Shown here: piece by piece, positions 1-8,040 of the stretch | How the letters are laid out: each line of letters begins with the position of its first letter | How positions within the stretch are numbered: position 1 is the first letter of the stretch | Sequence record: MK373786.1 | Length of the DNA: 64,000 bases | Origin: Escherichia phage vB_EcoM_R5505 | Reading direction: 5' to 3' (one strand) | Made by a program: the position numbers and the translations under genes | The notes under the pieces: model-generated | What the model was told of the DNA's origin: nothing | Seen by the model: only the letters and a program-made list of their open reading frames with translations | Databases searched by the model: none

Positions 1-849
<849 letters not shown>

Positions 850-868
<19 letters not shown>

Positions 869-1338
869 TCAGTGATAAAGTTATTTAAATTTTGAGTATA
901 TTTCTTTTCATCAAAAATCCTTTGTTGTCTGCGTAGCCGCCATGGCATTTCAATGAACGTGTACCATATCCCAGATAATATTGCTGCTGTAAAAATATTA
1001 ACAAGTATGGTTAAAAGAATCCAATCTCCTATTCTGTCCATTGGATTTTTTATAAAAAAGTAAAATACGAATGATGTCACAGGAAAACTAATAATGTACC
1101 ACAGAATCATAATTTTATCTGTGAACCAATCAGCATTTGTTAACTTAGCACGACCATTATGAATACACACGAATTTATCATCTGTTATAATAGATGGCTT
1201 AGCTGCTTGATATCCCATTCTAAACTCCCTAATCAACAAATTTTTCATATCTTCGGAACAACCATTCCAGTCAACTCTATTAACTGAAATGCCATCATCC
1301 CCATCATCTAAATCATACCAGCGAGTTTTTAAAATCAT
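850..1338 (-). CDS. e.2: small membrane protein, T4 e.2 position
   Basis: 162-aa ORF, ATG start, hydrophobic segments, C-terminal tail ...FITECRKLK; symbol assigned by synteny only. Confidence 0.65.
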
Positions 1339-1709
1339 TTAATTTTCCTACAATCATTCACGAATTCTTTCATTGATTCATTTTCAATATAAGACATGTA
1401 GTTATTATATTCTTTTAATTGTATTTTGTAATCCTTTTTTCTTTGCCAATTTATTTTAAAATTATCATAATGAAAATATAAAATGATACTAAAGAATGAA
1501 AATAATGAAATTGCTATAGTATAATGAAGTTCACTCCAAACTTCTATTATATCTACTATACCGCTGACGTTACTGCGGATGTTTAAAATAATACAGTCAA
1601 TCATTAATCCAATAAGACTACCAGCAAGAGCTGCAGCCAACGCCACAGCAAAAATTAAAAATGACTCAGAAAAAGAATATTTGACTTTATTTAGTTTTGG
1701 CTTTTGCAT
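1335..1709 (-). CDS. e.3: small membrane protein, T4 e.3 position
   Basis: 124-aa ORF overlapping e.2 by 4 nt; two hydrophobic helices; C-terminal tail ...FVNDCRKIK; synteny. Confidence 0.65.
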   Translation of the reverse strand: MQKPKLNKVKYSFSESFLIFAVALAAALAGSLIGLMIDCIILNIRSNVSGIVDIIEVWSELHYTIAISLFSFFSIILYFHYDNFKINWQRKKDYKIQLKEYNNYMSYIENESMKEFVNDCRKIK

Positions 1710-2083
1710 CGTGATTCCTTAACAAATTTCATAATTTCATTAAATTCATACATATTTAGTTTAAGCTGGTGTTCCTTTTTAATCTTTTTACACTGAGCTT
1801 TCCATTCACGTACACGTTTACGATAATGCCTTCCTTGATACCAATATCCTACCCAATTTACAGGTACCAATAAAAATGGAACTACTAATGGAAGAATTAA
1901 TACTAACAAAAATATTACGCCAGATTCAATATCAGTCATAAAGTCTATAACCATTCCAACAATCAATAGAATTACAAATGATATAGCTGTCACAGGACCT
2001 ATTAATACATCAGTAGGAATTAGCTGACGTTTTAGTTCATACTTCACAGGTTCACTTGGAAGGTATAGTGATGGCTTTGACAT
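1691..2083 (-). CDS. e.4: small membrane protein, T4 e.4 position
   Basis: ORF track start 2104 is a TTG; first ATG at 2083 (MSKPSLYL...); hydrophobic core; tail ...FVKESRCKSQN; synteny. Confidence 0.6.
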   Translation of the reverse strand: MSKPSLYLPSEPVKYELKRQLIPTDVLIGPVTAISFVILLIVGMVIDFMTDIESGVIFLLVLILPLVVPFLLVPVNWVGYWYQGRHYRKRVREWKAQCKKIKKEHQLKLNMYEFNEIMKFVKESRCKSQN

Positions 2084-2657
2084 ATTCTCTACATTCCTTA
2101 ACAAATTTTTCTAATAATAAATCGCTTTCAAAATTAGGATTTTCTACGAATTTATCAAAAAGATCATCAACAATAGTTAAGATATTCTTTTTACTAAGAA
2201 TACGTTTATTTTCATGCTTTGTTTCAGAATCAACTATAAGAGTAAAGAAATATTTCTTGCCCTGAAATTTTACAGTAGTATCAATATAGAATAAATTTGA
2301 CTTTTGTAAATTACGTTTAAACCATGCATCACTTAAACTATAAACACCAAGATAATCATAATCGTCGTTTAAATAACATACTGTCCATTCAGGAGAAATG
2401 AAATCAGTAAATTCAACATCAAAATCACATGTTAATGAATGAATTGATTCAATACTGTTAATAAGTATTCCAGGACGTATTAAAGACTTTTTACCTTTAT
2501 AAAATCCAGAAAGACTTTCATCAGTTTCATATGAAGAACCCCAATAATAATTACGTCCTTCTGCCATACGTTTAAGAGCATTTAATAATTGGTCTGGAAC
2601 ATCAACCTGTCTTTGGAACTCTTCAAACATTGAATTGAAATCACTTTGCATTTTCAT
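2052..2657 (-). CDS. e.5: hypothetical protein, T4 e.5 position
   Basis: 201-aa ORF, ATG start with SD (GGAGTAAGTAGGAATG on minus strand); C-terminus ...EKFVKECREYVK related to e.2-e.4 tails. Confidence 0.65.
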   Translation of the reverse strand: MKMQSDFNSMFEEFQRQVDVPDQLLNALKRMAEGRNYYWGSSYETDESLSGFYKGKKSLIRPGILINSIESIHSLTCDFDVEFTDFISPEWTVCYLNDDYDYLGVYSLSDAWFKRNLQKSNLFYIDTTVKFQGKKYFFTLIVDSETKHENKRILSKKNILTIVDDLFDKFVENPNFESDLLLEKFVKECREYVKAITIPSK

Positions 2658-2678
2658 TCCTACTTACTCCAAGTAATA

Positions 2679-2692
2679 GGGGCCGAAGCCCC
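2679..2692 (-). terminator. stem-loop GGGGCCGAAGCCCC between e.6 and e.5 (terminator or mRNA-stability hairpin)
   Basis: Perfect 5-bp GC stem with CGAA loop just downstream of e.6 stop; same hairpin recurs at 44387-44400. Confidence 0.4.
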
Positions 2693-2698
2693 TTATCA

Positions 2699-3292
2699 TT
2701 ATTTCAGAGAATTAATGTATTCCTGAACATCGGCAGAGGTAGTTTCAACCCCAGAAATATTACCATTAAAGGTTTCAACTCGAGCAAGAGTATCTTCAAT
2801 ATCAACCTTAGTCAGTGCTGCAATTTCAACTACATCATCGGCAGTACTAATTCCGAGGGCATTCGCGGCGCGAGTTTCACGGATATATTCCAATTTAACT
2901 GCAAGTTCTTGGCGAGCATCATCTAACTCAACTACTTTCTTGGCGATTTCAATTCGCATTTCAGCATAACCATCAGCTTTAGTAGTCAACTGCTCAGCTG
3001 TTCGACGATATAGTAAACCAAGTTTAGCATGCATTGTTACATCTTGACCTTCCGAAAGAAGCTTGCGAATTTCACGCTCTTTTGATTCGGCCTGCTTATT
3101 CTTTTCGACAATAAGTTCACGAATACGCTTTTCTTCATTAATAGATTTAACAGAAGCAGTTTTTAGATCTTTAATCTTATCAAGTAGTTTTGCTGCTGCA
3201 GCAGTATACTGTTCTTCAACAGATAGATTTTTAGCCATAGCAGAACCAAGTTTAGTGCGAATAAACTCAACAATTTTCTTCAGTGTGTTCAT
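2699..3292 (-). CDS. e.6: coiled-coil protein, T4 e.6 position
   Basis: 197-aa ORF, ATG start; charged, heptad-rich sequence predicting long coiled coil; no catalytic motif recognised. Confidence 0.65.
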
Positions 3293-3348
3293 AGTATTTC
3301 CTTAGGTTGGTATAATTAGATAATATCACGTTTTAATAGATTGTAAAC

Positions 3349-3684
3349 TTATTCTTCGTCTAGCTCGTCGATAAAGACGTTGATGGCCTCGATAACGGCA
3401 TCATTGATAGCTAATAAAATAAAATCATCGTCAGTACCTTTAGAAGATTCTAAAGCATTGATATATGCTTGGTTGGCGAGTTCCCAAGCCTTTTTAAAAT
3501 AAGGAGCTTCATCATCAGGACAAATATCCCGCACGCCTTCAAAGATACGTTTGGCATAATCTAACACCCATTGTACAGGCATGTTTTGAGAACGTTCGTT
3601 AAACTCTTTAAAGTCCTTAGATTCAAAAAGCTCTTCAGGATAATTATTTCTATTACAAAAAGCTTTACTAAAGTTACGTTTCAT
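3349..3684 (-). CDS. e.7: acidic hypothetical protein, T4 e.7 position
   Basis: 111-aa ORF, ATG start; synteny. Confidence 0.65.
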   Translation of the reverse strand: MKRNFSKAFCNRNNYPEELFESKDFKEFNERSQNMPVQWVLDYAKRIFEGVRDICPDDEAPYFKKAWELANQAYINALESSKGTDDDFILLAINDAVIEAINVFIDELDEE

Positions 3685-3740
3685 AATGTTTTCCTCATTT
3701 GTATAGGCTCATAATATCTCAATCATGAGCCTATGTAAAC

Positions 3741-4004
3741 TTATTTCATATTATTGAAATATTCTTCTGCGATTTCGTCGTTATCATGGTAAACTTTAGA
3801 AGACAGTTTAACATAACTTTCAGCAGTGAACATGTTAATCACAACCTTTACAGTATACCACTGACCGTCTTCATTGCCCATTACCGCATAAGTTTCAAAC
3901 ATCGGATGATCAGGACCGATAACTTTAATATCATTCACTGTACGACCGAAATCTTCTGAAACACATTTCATAAAGAAGTTGAACAGTTCGCCGTAATTAT
4001 CCAT
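3741..4004 (-). CDS. e.8: hypothetical protein, T4 e.8 position
   Basis: ORF track start 4016 is TTG; ATG at 4004 is preceded by strong SD (GGAGAACGAAATG); 87 aa from that start. Confidence 0.6.
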   Translation of the reverse strand: MDNYGELFNFFMKCVSEDFGRTVNDIKVIGPDHPMFETYAVMGNEDGQWYTVKVVINMFTAESYVKLSSKVYHDNDEIAEEYFNNMK

Positions 4005-4044
4005 TTCGTTCTCCAAGTTGTTTTCTGTATCAGTAGTTGATAGT

Positions 4045-4092
4045 TGTATAGTACCATGGAAGAAAAGGGATGTAAACAGTTTTGTGAAAAAA
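4045..4092 (-). promoter_or_regulatory. sigma70-type early promoter for the e.8-to-e transcription unit
   Basis: Minus strand reads TTCACAAAACTGTTTACA-N18-TACTAT; same cassette as the promoters at 8001-8040, 8301-8354, 8669-8721. Confidence 0.5.
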
Positions 4093-4210
4093 TTTTTAAA
4101 AAGTTTTAGGGAATTCTAGGGTCAGGAGGGGCAATTAAAAGATAGGATAATATATTATAAAGGGTAGAAACTAAATGATGCCTAGAGAGGCCCAGAAAGG
4201 CCTAGATACC

Positions 4211-4238
4211 AAAAAGTCCCAACCTTTCGGTTGGGGCT
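4211..4238 (-). terminator. rho-independent terminator after the 157-aa gene
   Basis: Minus-strand hairpin GCCCCAACC-GAAA-GGTTGGGAC followed by UUUUU; sits just 3' of the stop at 4246. Confidence 0.6.
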
Positions 4239-4245
4239 AAGAATG

Positions 4246-4719
4246 TTATTTGATTTGTTTAGCAGACCAAATGCGGTCTTTAATAATTTTTTGGATGTCT
4301 TCAACATACTCAAGAGAGTGAGCATGTGGGTTATCTTTGAAACTATAAGCACGAGCTAACTTTTGACCTTCAGTTTTGATTACTAAAAGCTCTTTAAGGA
4401 TAGCTTCATATTTGGAGATAATTCCTTTAACAATATTTTTTTCTTGTGTAGCTTTAGGATCTGCTTTAGGAGCAGGTTTACCTGAAGCCTTTGCAAAAGC
4501 AGCGCCAGTAGCAACTAAACTTTTCCAGGCCATACTAACTGCATTCCCTGTAAATCCTTCGGCTTTCATATCACGAGCAAATTGGAATCGTGATTCATCG
4601 GAAGCATCTTTATAGGAATATTTACCCGCGGCAATGGCTGCTTTTGCGACAGCTTGAATTTCGGTGCTAGATGCTTCATTTAACACCGCTTCATTTAAAA
4701 ATTGAGCATATGATTTCAT
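4246..4719 (-). CDS. Ala/Lys-rich protein with internal-protein-like N-terminal capsid-targeting motif
   Basis: 157-aa ORF, ATG start; N-terminus MKSYAQFLNEAVLNEA resembles the T4 internal-protein targeting sequence MKTYQEFIAEA and carries two L-x-E sites (prohead protease motif). Confidence 0.7.
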   Translation of the reverse strand: MKSYAQFLNEAVLNEASSTEIQAVAKAAIAAGKYSYKDASDESRFQFARDMKAEGFTGNAVSMAWKSLVATGAAFAKASGKPAPKADPKATQEKNIVKGIISKYEAILKELLVIKTEGQKLARAYSFKDNPHAHSLEYVEDIQKIIKDRIWSAKQIK

Positions 4720-4765
4720 CTTATTTCCTGTTTTAATTCGTGGTTTTAATATACTTATTTATACC

Positions 4766-4792
4766 AAAAAGCCCCAACCTTTCGGTCGGGGC
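4766..4792 (-). terminator. rho-independent terminator at the 3' end of the tRNA/stable-RNA transcription unit
   Basis: Minus-strand hairpin GCCCCGACC-GAAA-GGTTGGGGC followed by UUUUU; near-identical to the terminator at 4211-4238. Confidence 0.6.
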
Positions 4793-4844
4793 TAAGCCTT
4801 GCGGCAACCTTGTCGGGGTTCCACCTGCTAAGGCAAGTGTTTGT

Positions 4845-5002
4845 ACGAAACGCCGGGATTCGAACCCGGTTATTAAGCAGTTGACGCTACTCAATATTTT
4901 TAAAAGGCCATATCTCGACCATATCCGAACGTTCCGTCAAAAACGCTACTCGGCTTACGGCAAAGATATTTCCTCGAATCGATAATTCGGTGCGCCGTTT
5001 CT
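4845..5002 (-). ncRNA. candidate small stable RNA with tRNA-like 3' module (possibly T4 species-RNA analogue)
   Basis: Minus strand has perfect T-arm CCGGG-TTCGAAT-CCCGG followed by 7-nt acceptor-like strand that pairs with GAAACG ~150 nt upstream; no ORF; several strong hairpins at 5004-5104. Confidence 0.3.
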
Positions 5003-5104
5003 GCTGTGATATAAGAGGGCATTAACAAAACATAAAGATTTATTAATGCCAGTCCTTAAACAGGGAACATCAGTCCGACGACTTACCGGTAGCGACCCGG
5101 TTTC

Positions 5105-5455
5105 TTAATATTCTTTTAAAGCATCAATTTGTTCACGGCGTAAACGCCATAAATCAATTGCTTCATAAGCAGATTCAGCATTTCGAATTAGCCGACATTT
5201 ATGTAAAGACTTATGATTTTGATATTGTGTAGATAACGGAATTTTATCTAAAAGGTCTTTACGTTCAAAATATTCGTAACCATCTAAACCAAATGAACGA
5301 TTTTTGAGAAATTGCCAATGACCATATTCGTTTTCGACATAAACATAATCTGCATGCTGATAAAGCAAATTAATTACACGTTCAGAAATAACAGTATCAT
5401 TATGATTAAAATAGAATGTTAAATCATGAACTACTAAATAAACATTACATTTCAT
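5105..5455 (-). CDS. hypothetical protein encoded between tRNA-Arg and the stable-RNA region
   Basis: 116-aa ORF, ATG start with SD (TGAGGAAAATG); no recognisable motif; not GIY-YIG or HNH. Confidence 0.6.
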   Translation of the reverse strand: MKCNVYLVVHDLTFYFNHNDTVISERVINLLYQHADYVYVENEYGHWQFLKNRSFGLDGYEYFERKDLLDKIPLSTQYQNHKSLHKCRLIRNAESAYEAIDLWRLRREQIDALKEY

Positions 5456-5473
5456 ATTTTCCTCACTTATAAT

Positions 5474-5549
5474 TGGTCGAGGCAGTAGGGATCGAACCTA
5501 CGACCTAGGACTTAGAAGGTCCTTGCTCTTCCTTCTGAGCTATGCCCCG
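5474..5549 (-). tRNA. tRNA-Arg (anticodon UCU)
   Basis: Manual cloverleaf: acceptor CGGGGCA/TGCCTCG, D-stem GCTC/GAGC, anticodon stem AGGAC/GTCCT with loop CTTCTAA, T-arm GTAGG-TTCGATC-CCTAC, encoded CCA. Confidence 0.85.
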
Positions 5550-5553
5550 TAAT

Positions 5554-5629
5554 TGGGGTGACCGATGGGAGTCGAACCCATGACTACGAGAATCACAATC
5601 TCGAGTTCTACCAACTGAACTACGGCCAC
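5554..5629 (-). tRNA. tRNA-His (anticodon GUG)
   Basis: Cloverleaf: acceptor GTGGCCG/CGGTCAC, D-stem GTTC/GAAC, anticodon stem CGAGA/TCTCG loop TTGTGAT, T-arm ATGGG-TTCGACT-CCCAT, discriminator C, CCA encoded; no encoded G-1. Confidence 0.75.
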
Positions 5630-5743
5630 ATTAATACCTACTCCAACAATCAAGATGTCTTCACACGAAATTAAGAGAAGAGTGATCAGTTCAACCCCTA
5701 TAATCGCGTCAAGTAGATATTAATGTGACAGTTGTCACAAATT

Positions 5744-5818
5744 TGGCGGACGTGATAGGATTCGAACCTATAACCAATCGCTTAACAGGCGATCGCTCTG
5801 CCATTGAGCTACACATCC
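5744..5818 (-). tRNA. tRNA-Asn (anticodon GUU)
   Basis: Cloverleaf: acceptor GGATGTG/CACGTCC, D-stem GCTC/GAGC, anticodon stem ATCGC/GCGAT loop CTGTTAA, T-arm ATAGG-TTCGAAT-CCTAT, CCA encoded. Confidence 0.75.
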
Positions 5819-5822
5819 AAAT

Positions 5823-5909
5823 TGGTGGGGAGTGGTGGAGTCGAACCACCCGAGTCGCAATGACAATGAATTTACAGTCCACACCGCTACCTCTACGGGA
5901 TAACTCCCC
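5823..5909 (-). tRNA. tRNA-Tyr (anticodon GUA), long variable arm
   Basis: Perfect acceptor GGGGAGT/ACTCCCC, T-arm GGTGG-TTCGACT-CCACC, anticodon loop CTGTAAA, ~15-nt variable arm; D-arm pairing imperfect. Confidence 0.6.
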
Positions 5910-5918
5910 AAATTAATT

Positions 5919-5993
5919 TGGTGGCCCTGGGTGGAATTGAACCACCATCTGGCGATTATGAGTCGCTTGCTTGAACCTTCCAGCTACAGGGCC
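5919..5993 (-). tRNA. tRNA with CAU anticodon (Ile2 lysidine type as in T4, or Met)
   Basis: Acceptor GGCCCTG/CAGGGCC, D-stem GCTG/AAGC, anticodon loop CTCATAA, T-arm GGTGG-TTCAATT-CCACC, CCA encoded. Confidence 0.7.
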
Positions 5994-5994
5994 T

Positions 5995-6070
5995 TGGTGC
6001 TGATTGACGGAATCGAACCGCCGACCTTCTCATTACAAGTGAGTTGCTCTACCTACTGAGCTAAATCAGC
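5995..6070 (-). tRNA. tRNA-Thr (anticodon UGU)
   Basis: Acceptor GCTGATT/AATCAGC, D-stem GCTC/GAGC, anticodon loop CTTGTAA, T-arm GGCGG-TTCGATT-CCGTC, CCA encoded. Confidence 0.85.
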
Positions 6071-6075
6071 AAAAC

Positions 6076-6165
6076 TGGCGGAGGCGATAGGATTTGAACC
6101 TATGAGTCGCCGGAGCGACTGCCGGTTTTCAAGACCGGTGCATTAAACCACTCTGCCACGCCTCC
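6076..6165 (-). tRNA. tRNA-Ser (anticodon UGA), long variable arm
   Basis: Acceptor GGAGGCG/CGCCTCC, anticodon stem ACCGG/CCGGT loop CTTGAAA, long variable stem-loop, T-arm ATAGG-TTCAAAT-CCTAT, CCA encoded. Confidence 0.85.
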
Positions 6166-6167
6166 AG

Positions 6168-6241
6168 TCTCCATACAAGGATTTGAACCTTGGACCTCCT
6201 GATCCCAAATCAGGCGCTCTACCAAACTGAGCTACACGGAG
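6168..6241 (-). tRNA. tRNA-Pro (anticodon UGG), CCA not encoded; 2-nt spacer to tRNA-Ser
   Basis: Acceptor CTCCGTG/TATGGAG, D-stem GCTC/GAGC, anticodon stem CCTGA/TCAGG loop TTTGGGA, T-arm CAAGG-TTCAAAT-CCTTG; Pro-Ser dimeric arrangement as in T4. Confidence 0.85.
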
Positions 6242-6251
6242 TAAATTAAAT

Positions 6252-6325
<74 letters not shown>

Positions 6326-6330
6326 AAATT

Positions 6331-6417
6331 TGGTGCGAGAAGTGGGACTCGAACCCACAAGGAAATCATTCCGCAGCATTTTAAGTGCTGTGCCTTTACC
6401 AATTTGACCATTCTCGC
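6331..6417 (-). tRNA. tRNA-Leu (anticodon UAA), long variable arm
   Basis: Acceptor GCGAGAA/TTCTCGC, anticodon stem CAGCA/TGCTG loop CTTAAAA, long variable arm, T-arm GTGGG-TTCGAGT-CCCAC, CCA encoded. Confidence 0.85.
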
Positions 6418-6418
6418 G

Positions 6419-6490
6419 CTGGGAATAAAGGACTCGAACCTTTGCATCTAGCAGTCAAAGTGCTATGCCTTACCAACTTGGCTAATTCCC
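6419..6490 (-). tRNA. tRNA-Gln (anticodon UUG), CCA not encoded; 1-nt spacer to tRNA-Leu
   Basis: Acceptor TGGGAAT/ATTCCCA, D-stem GCC/GGC, anticodon stem TAGCA/TGCTA loop CTTTGAC, T-arm AAAGG-TTCGAGT-CCTTT; Gln-Leu dimeric arrangement as in T4. Confidence 0.85.
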
Positions 6491-6577
6491 AATTATTAAC
6501 AAAGGCTCTCAAACAAGAACCCTTGATGATAGAGGGTATTAATCAGTGCGGTATGAGTTAATAATAACAAATAATTC

Positions 6578-7093
6578 TTAAAGCAAATTAAACATTTTAA
6601 CGGTCGGCAAAACAATTTCTTCTTCTATATAAGAGTATTTAACACTCTCAACTACACGCAAAAAATCATAATCATAATACTCAGAAGCATTACCTAAAAT
6701 ATTAATAAGTCCTTCAAGCACTTTATTACCATTCACAAAGAATAAGTCAAATACGCGTTCTTCGTCTTCTTCGGATTTATTACCAAGGTCAACTTCTATA
6801 TCAAAGACCTTTTTAATGAATTCTGGATAAAGTTGTTCTGAGAACAGTCCTTCAACCAAGTATTCATAAATAAAAAGCGATTGCTCGCTGAACAAGCCAT
6901 TACCACAATAACGTTCAGCTTTAGTACTAGAATGTCTACTTTTAAACTTCTTTAAAAGATATTGAAATTGTAAGATTTCATGCTCTTCTACGCCAAACAG
7001 TGTTTTAGTTTTATAGTTGTCACCATCATTTTCCCAGGTAGTGACATCAATTACGTAACCCTGTGGAATTGTAGTACCTAAACAAATATTCAT
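6578..7093 (-). CDS. hypothetical protein, last gene of a four-gene early operon in the tRNA-ipI variable region
   Basis: 171-aa ORF, ATG start, 4-nt overlap with upstream gene; acidic; no motif recognised. Confidence 0.65.
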   Translation of the reverse strand: MNICLGTTIPQGYVIDVTTWENDGDNYKTKTLFGVEEHEILQFQYLLKKFKSRHSSTKAERYCGNGLFSEQSLFIYEYLVEGLFSEQLYPEFIKKVFDIEVDLGNKSEEDEERVFDLFFVNGNKVLEGLINILGNASEYYDYDFLRVVESVKYSYIEEEIVLPTVKMFNLL

Positions 7094-7383
7094 TTGCTCA
7101 CCATATTAATGTAAGTATATTCAATACATTCAAGACCCAAAGGATTCTTGAAAATATCATATTCAAGAGGACCTTTTTCCGTTTCAATAAAGAAATCAAA
7201 ATTTACTGTATTAAATTTACGGTCTTCCTTCACTAATTTAACCTGAGAAGATGAACGGTCAATGTAAACCTTTTCAACTTCAAAACATGTTAAAATGCCA
7301 TAATCATCAATCAAGGCTTTAGCTGCTTCTTGATCATATTTATATCCATTTTCAATGGATGATACTTTAGCATAAAGAATCAT
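7090..7383 (-). CDS. hypothetical protein (variable-region operon)
   Basis: 97-aa ORF, ATG start, 3-nt gap to upstream gene. Confidence 0.6.
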   Translation of the reverse strand: MILYAKVSSIENGYKYDQEAAKALIDDYGILTCFEVEKVYIDRSSSQVKLVKEDRKFNTVNFDFFIETEKGPLEYDIFKNPLGLECIEYTYINMVSK

Positions 7384-7385
7384 TA

Positions 7386-7796
7386 TCAGCCTCTATCAAC
7401 GATAGCATGAGTATGGGCATTTACGATTTGCCACCAGTCGAAACGATTGGAACCATAATCTGGTTTATTTTCATTTTCTTTAATGATATCACGCAGTTTA
7501 TCTTCTGTTTCAGCATACGCAATTAAATCATCATATCCGCCACAAGGATAATAATTATCACCTGCGAATAAAAGAAAATTTACCTTAGATGGATTTACGT
7601 AATAATGGTCTTTAGGATATTTAGTTCCTCTCCAATCAGTTACTTCAACATAACGGTAAGAAAATCCATTTTTACTTTCAATCCAACTCCACGCTTCAAA
7701 AGGAGTATTAAAAACTTTATCAGGTATTAAATTACCTTCAAAATGAGAAGGATTTGCATAATCCCCGGCATAAACATAATATTCGTTAATACTCAT
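7386..7796 (-). CDS. hypothetical protein, Tyr/Trp-rich (variable-region operon)
   Basis: 136-aa ORF, ATG start immediately after upstream stop; no motif recognised. Confidence 0.65.
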   Translation of the reverse strand: MSINEYYVYAGDYANPSHFEGNLIPDKVFNTPFEAWSWIESKNGFSYRYVEVTDWRGTKYPKDHYYVNPSKVNFLLFAGDNYYPCGGYDDLIAYAETEDKLRDIIKENENKPDYGSNRFDWWQIVNAHTHAIVDRG

Positions 7797-7982
7797 TTAT
7801 TCACCTTTAGAAATTTTATCCATAACAATAGCAATTAAACCAATTAAAAATGCTACTACAAGTGAAAACACATTTTCTGCTGTAGTCAATAATCCACATA
7901 TAAATCCAACAAACATTGAAAAACTAAAAGCGGAAGCAGAAATTGCAATAGCAACATTTCGAATTAATTCACAACGTTTCAT
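7797..7982 (-). CDS. small hydrophobic membrane protein (two predicted TM helices), first gene of operon
   Basis: 61-aa ORF, ATG start with SD GGAG (rc of 7991-7994); sequence ...AIAISASAFSFSMFVGFICGLL...LVVAFLIGLIAIVM... Confidence 0.55.
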   Translation of the reverse strand: MKRCELIRNVAIAISASAFSFSMFVGFICGLLTTAENVFSLVVAFLIGLIAIVMDKISKGE

Positions 7983-8000
7983 TTTATTCTCCTCAGTAGT

Positions 8001-8040
8001 AGATAGGGTAATAGTATCACTACCCTATCTAAAAGTAAAC
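8001..8040 (-). promoter_or_regulatory. early promoter cassette with -10 embedded in a 10-bp inverted repeat
   Basis: Minus strand: GTTTAC-N18-TACTAT; inverted repeat AGATAGGGTA/TACCCTATCT (8001-8010, 8021-8030) brackets the -10; shares 22-mer GATAGGGTAATAGTATCACTAC with 8302-8323. Confidence 0.5.

Noticed and set aside
2699-3292. Assigning e.6 to the PspA/IM30 membrane-stress family
   Set aside because: Only a general coiled-coil character and one short similar stretch were seen by eye; too weak to claim without a profile search.
4165-4230. 21-codon plus-strand micro-ORF (MMPREAQKGLDTKKSQPFGWG) in the e.8 upstream region
   Set aside because: It overlaps the minus-strand terminator hairpin and the palindrome GGCC-N6-GGCC; no supporting SD; most likely chance.
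4740-4985. 81-aa plus-strand ORF between the 157-aa gene and the 116-aa gene
   Set aside because: It runs antisense through a terminator hairpin and the tRNA-like structured region; the minus-strand RNA interpretation is more coherent.
4845-5002. Canonical tRNA with an intron
   Set aside because: Only the T-arm and acceptor-like pairing are tRNA-like; no credible D-arm or anticodon arm could be drawn, so it is reported only as a candidate tRNA-like stable RNA.
5725-5916. 63-aa plus-strand ORF, and ORFs 6232-6447 (-) and 6251-6451 (+), inside the tRNA cluster
   Set aside because: They overlap well-formed tRNA genes almost completely; the tRNA cloverleafs explain the sequence and there are no ribosome-binding sites.
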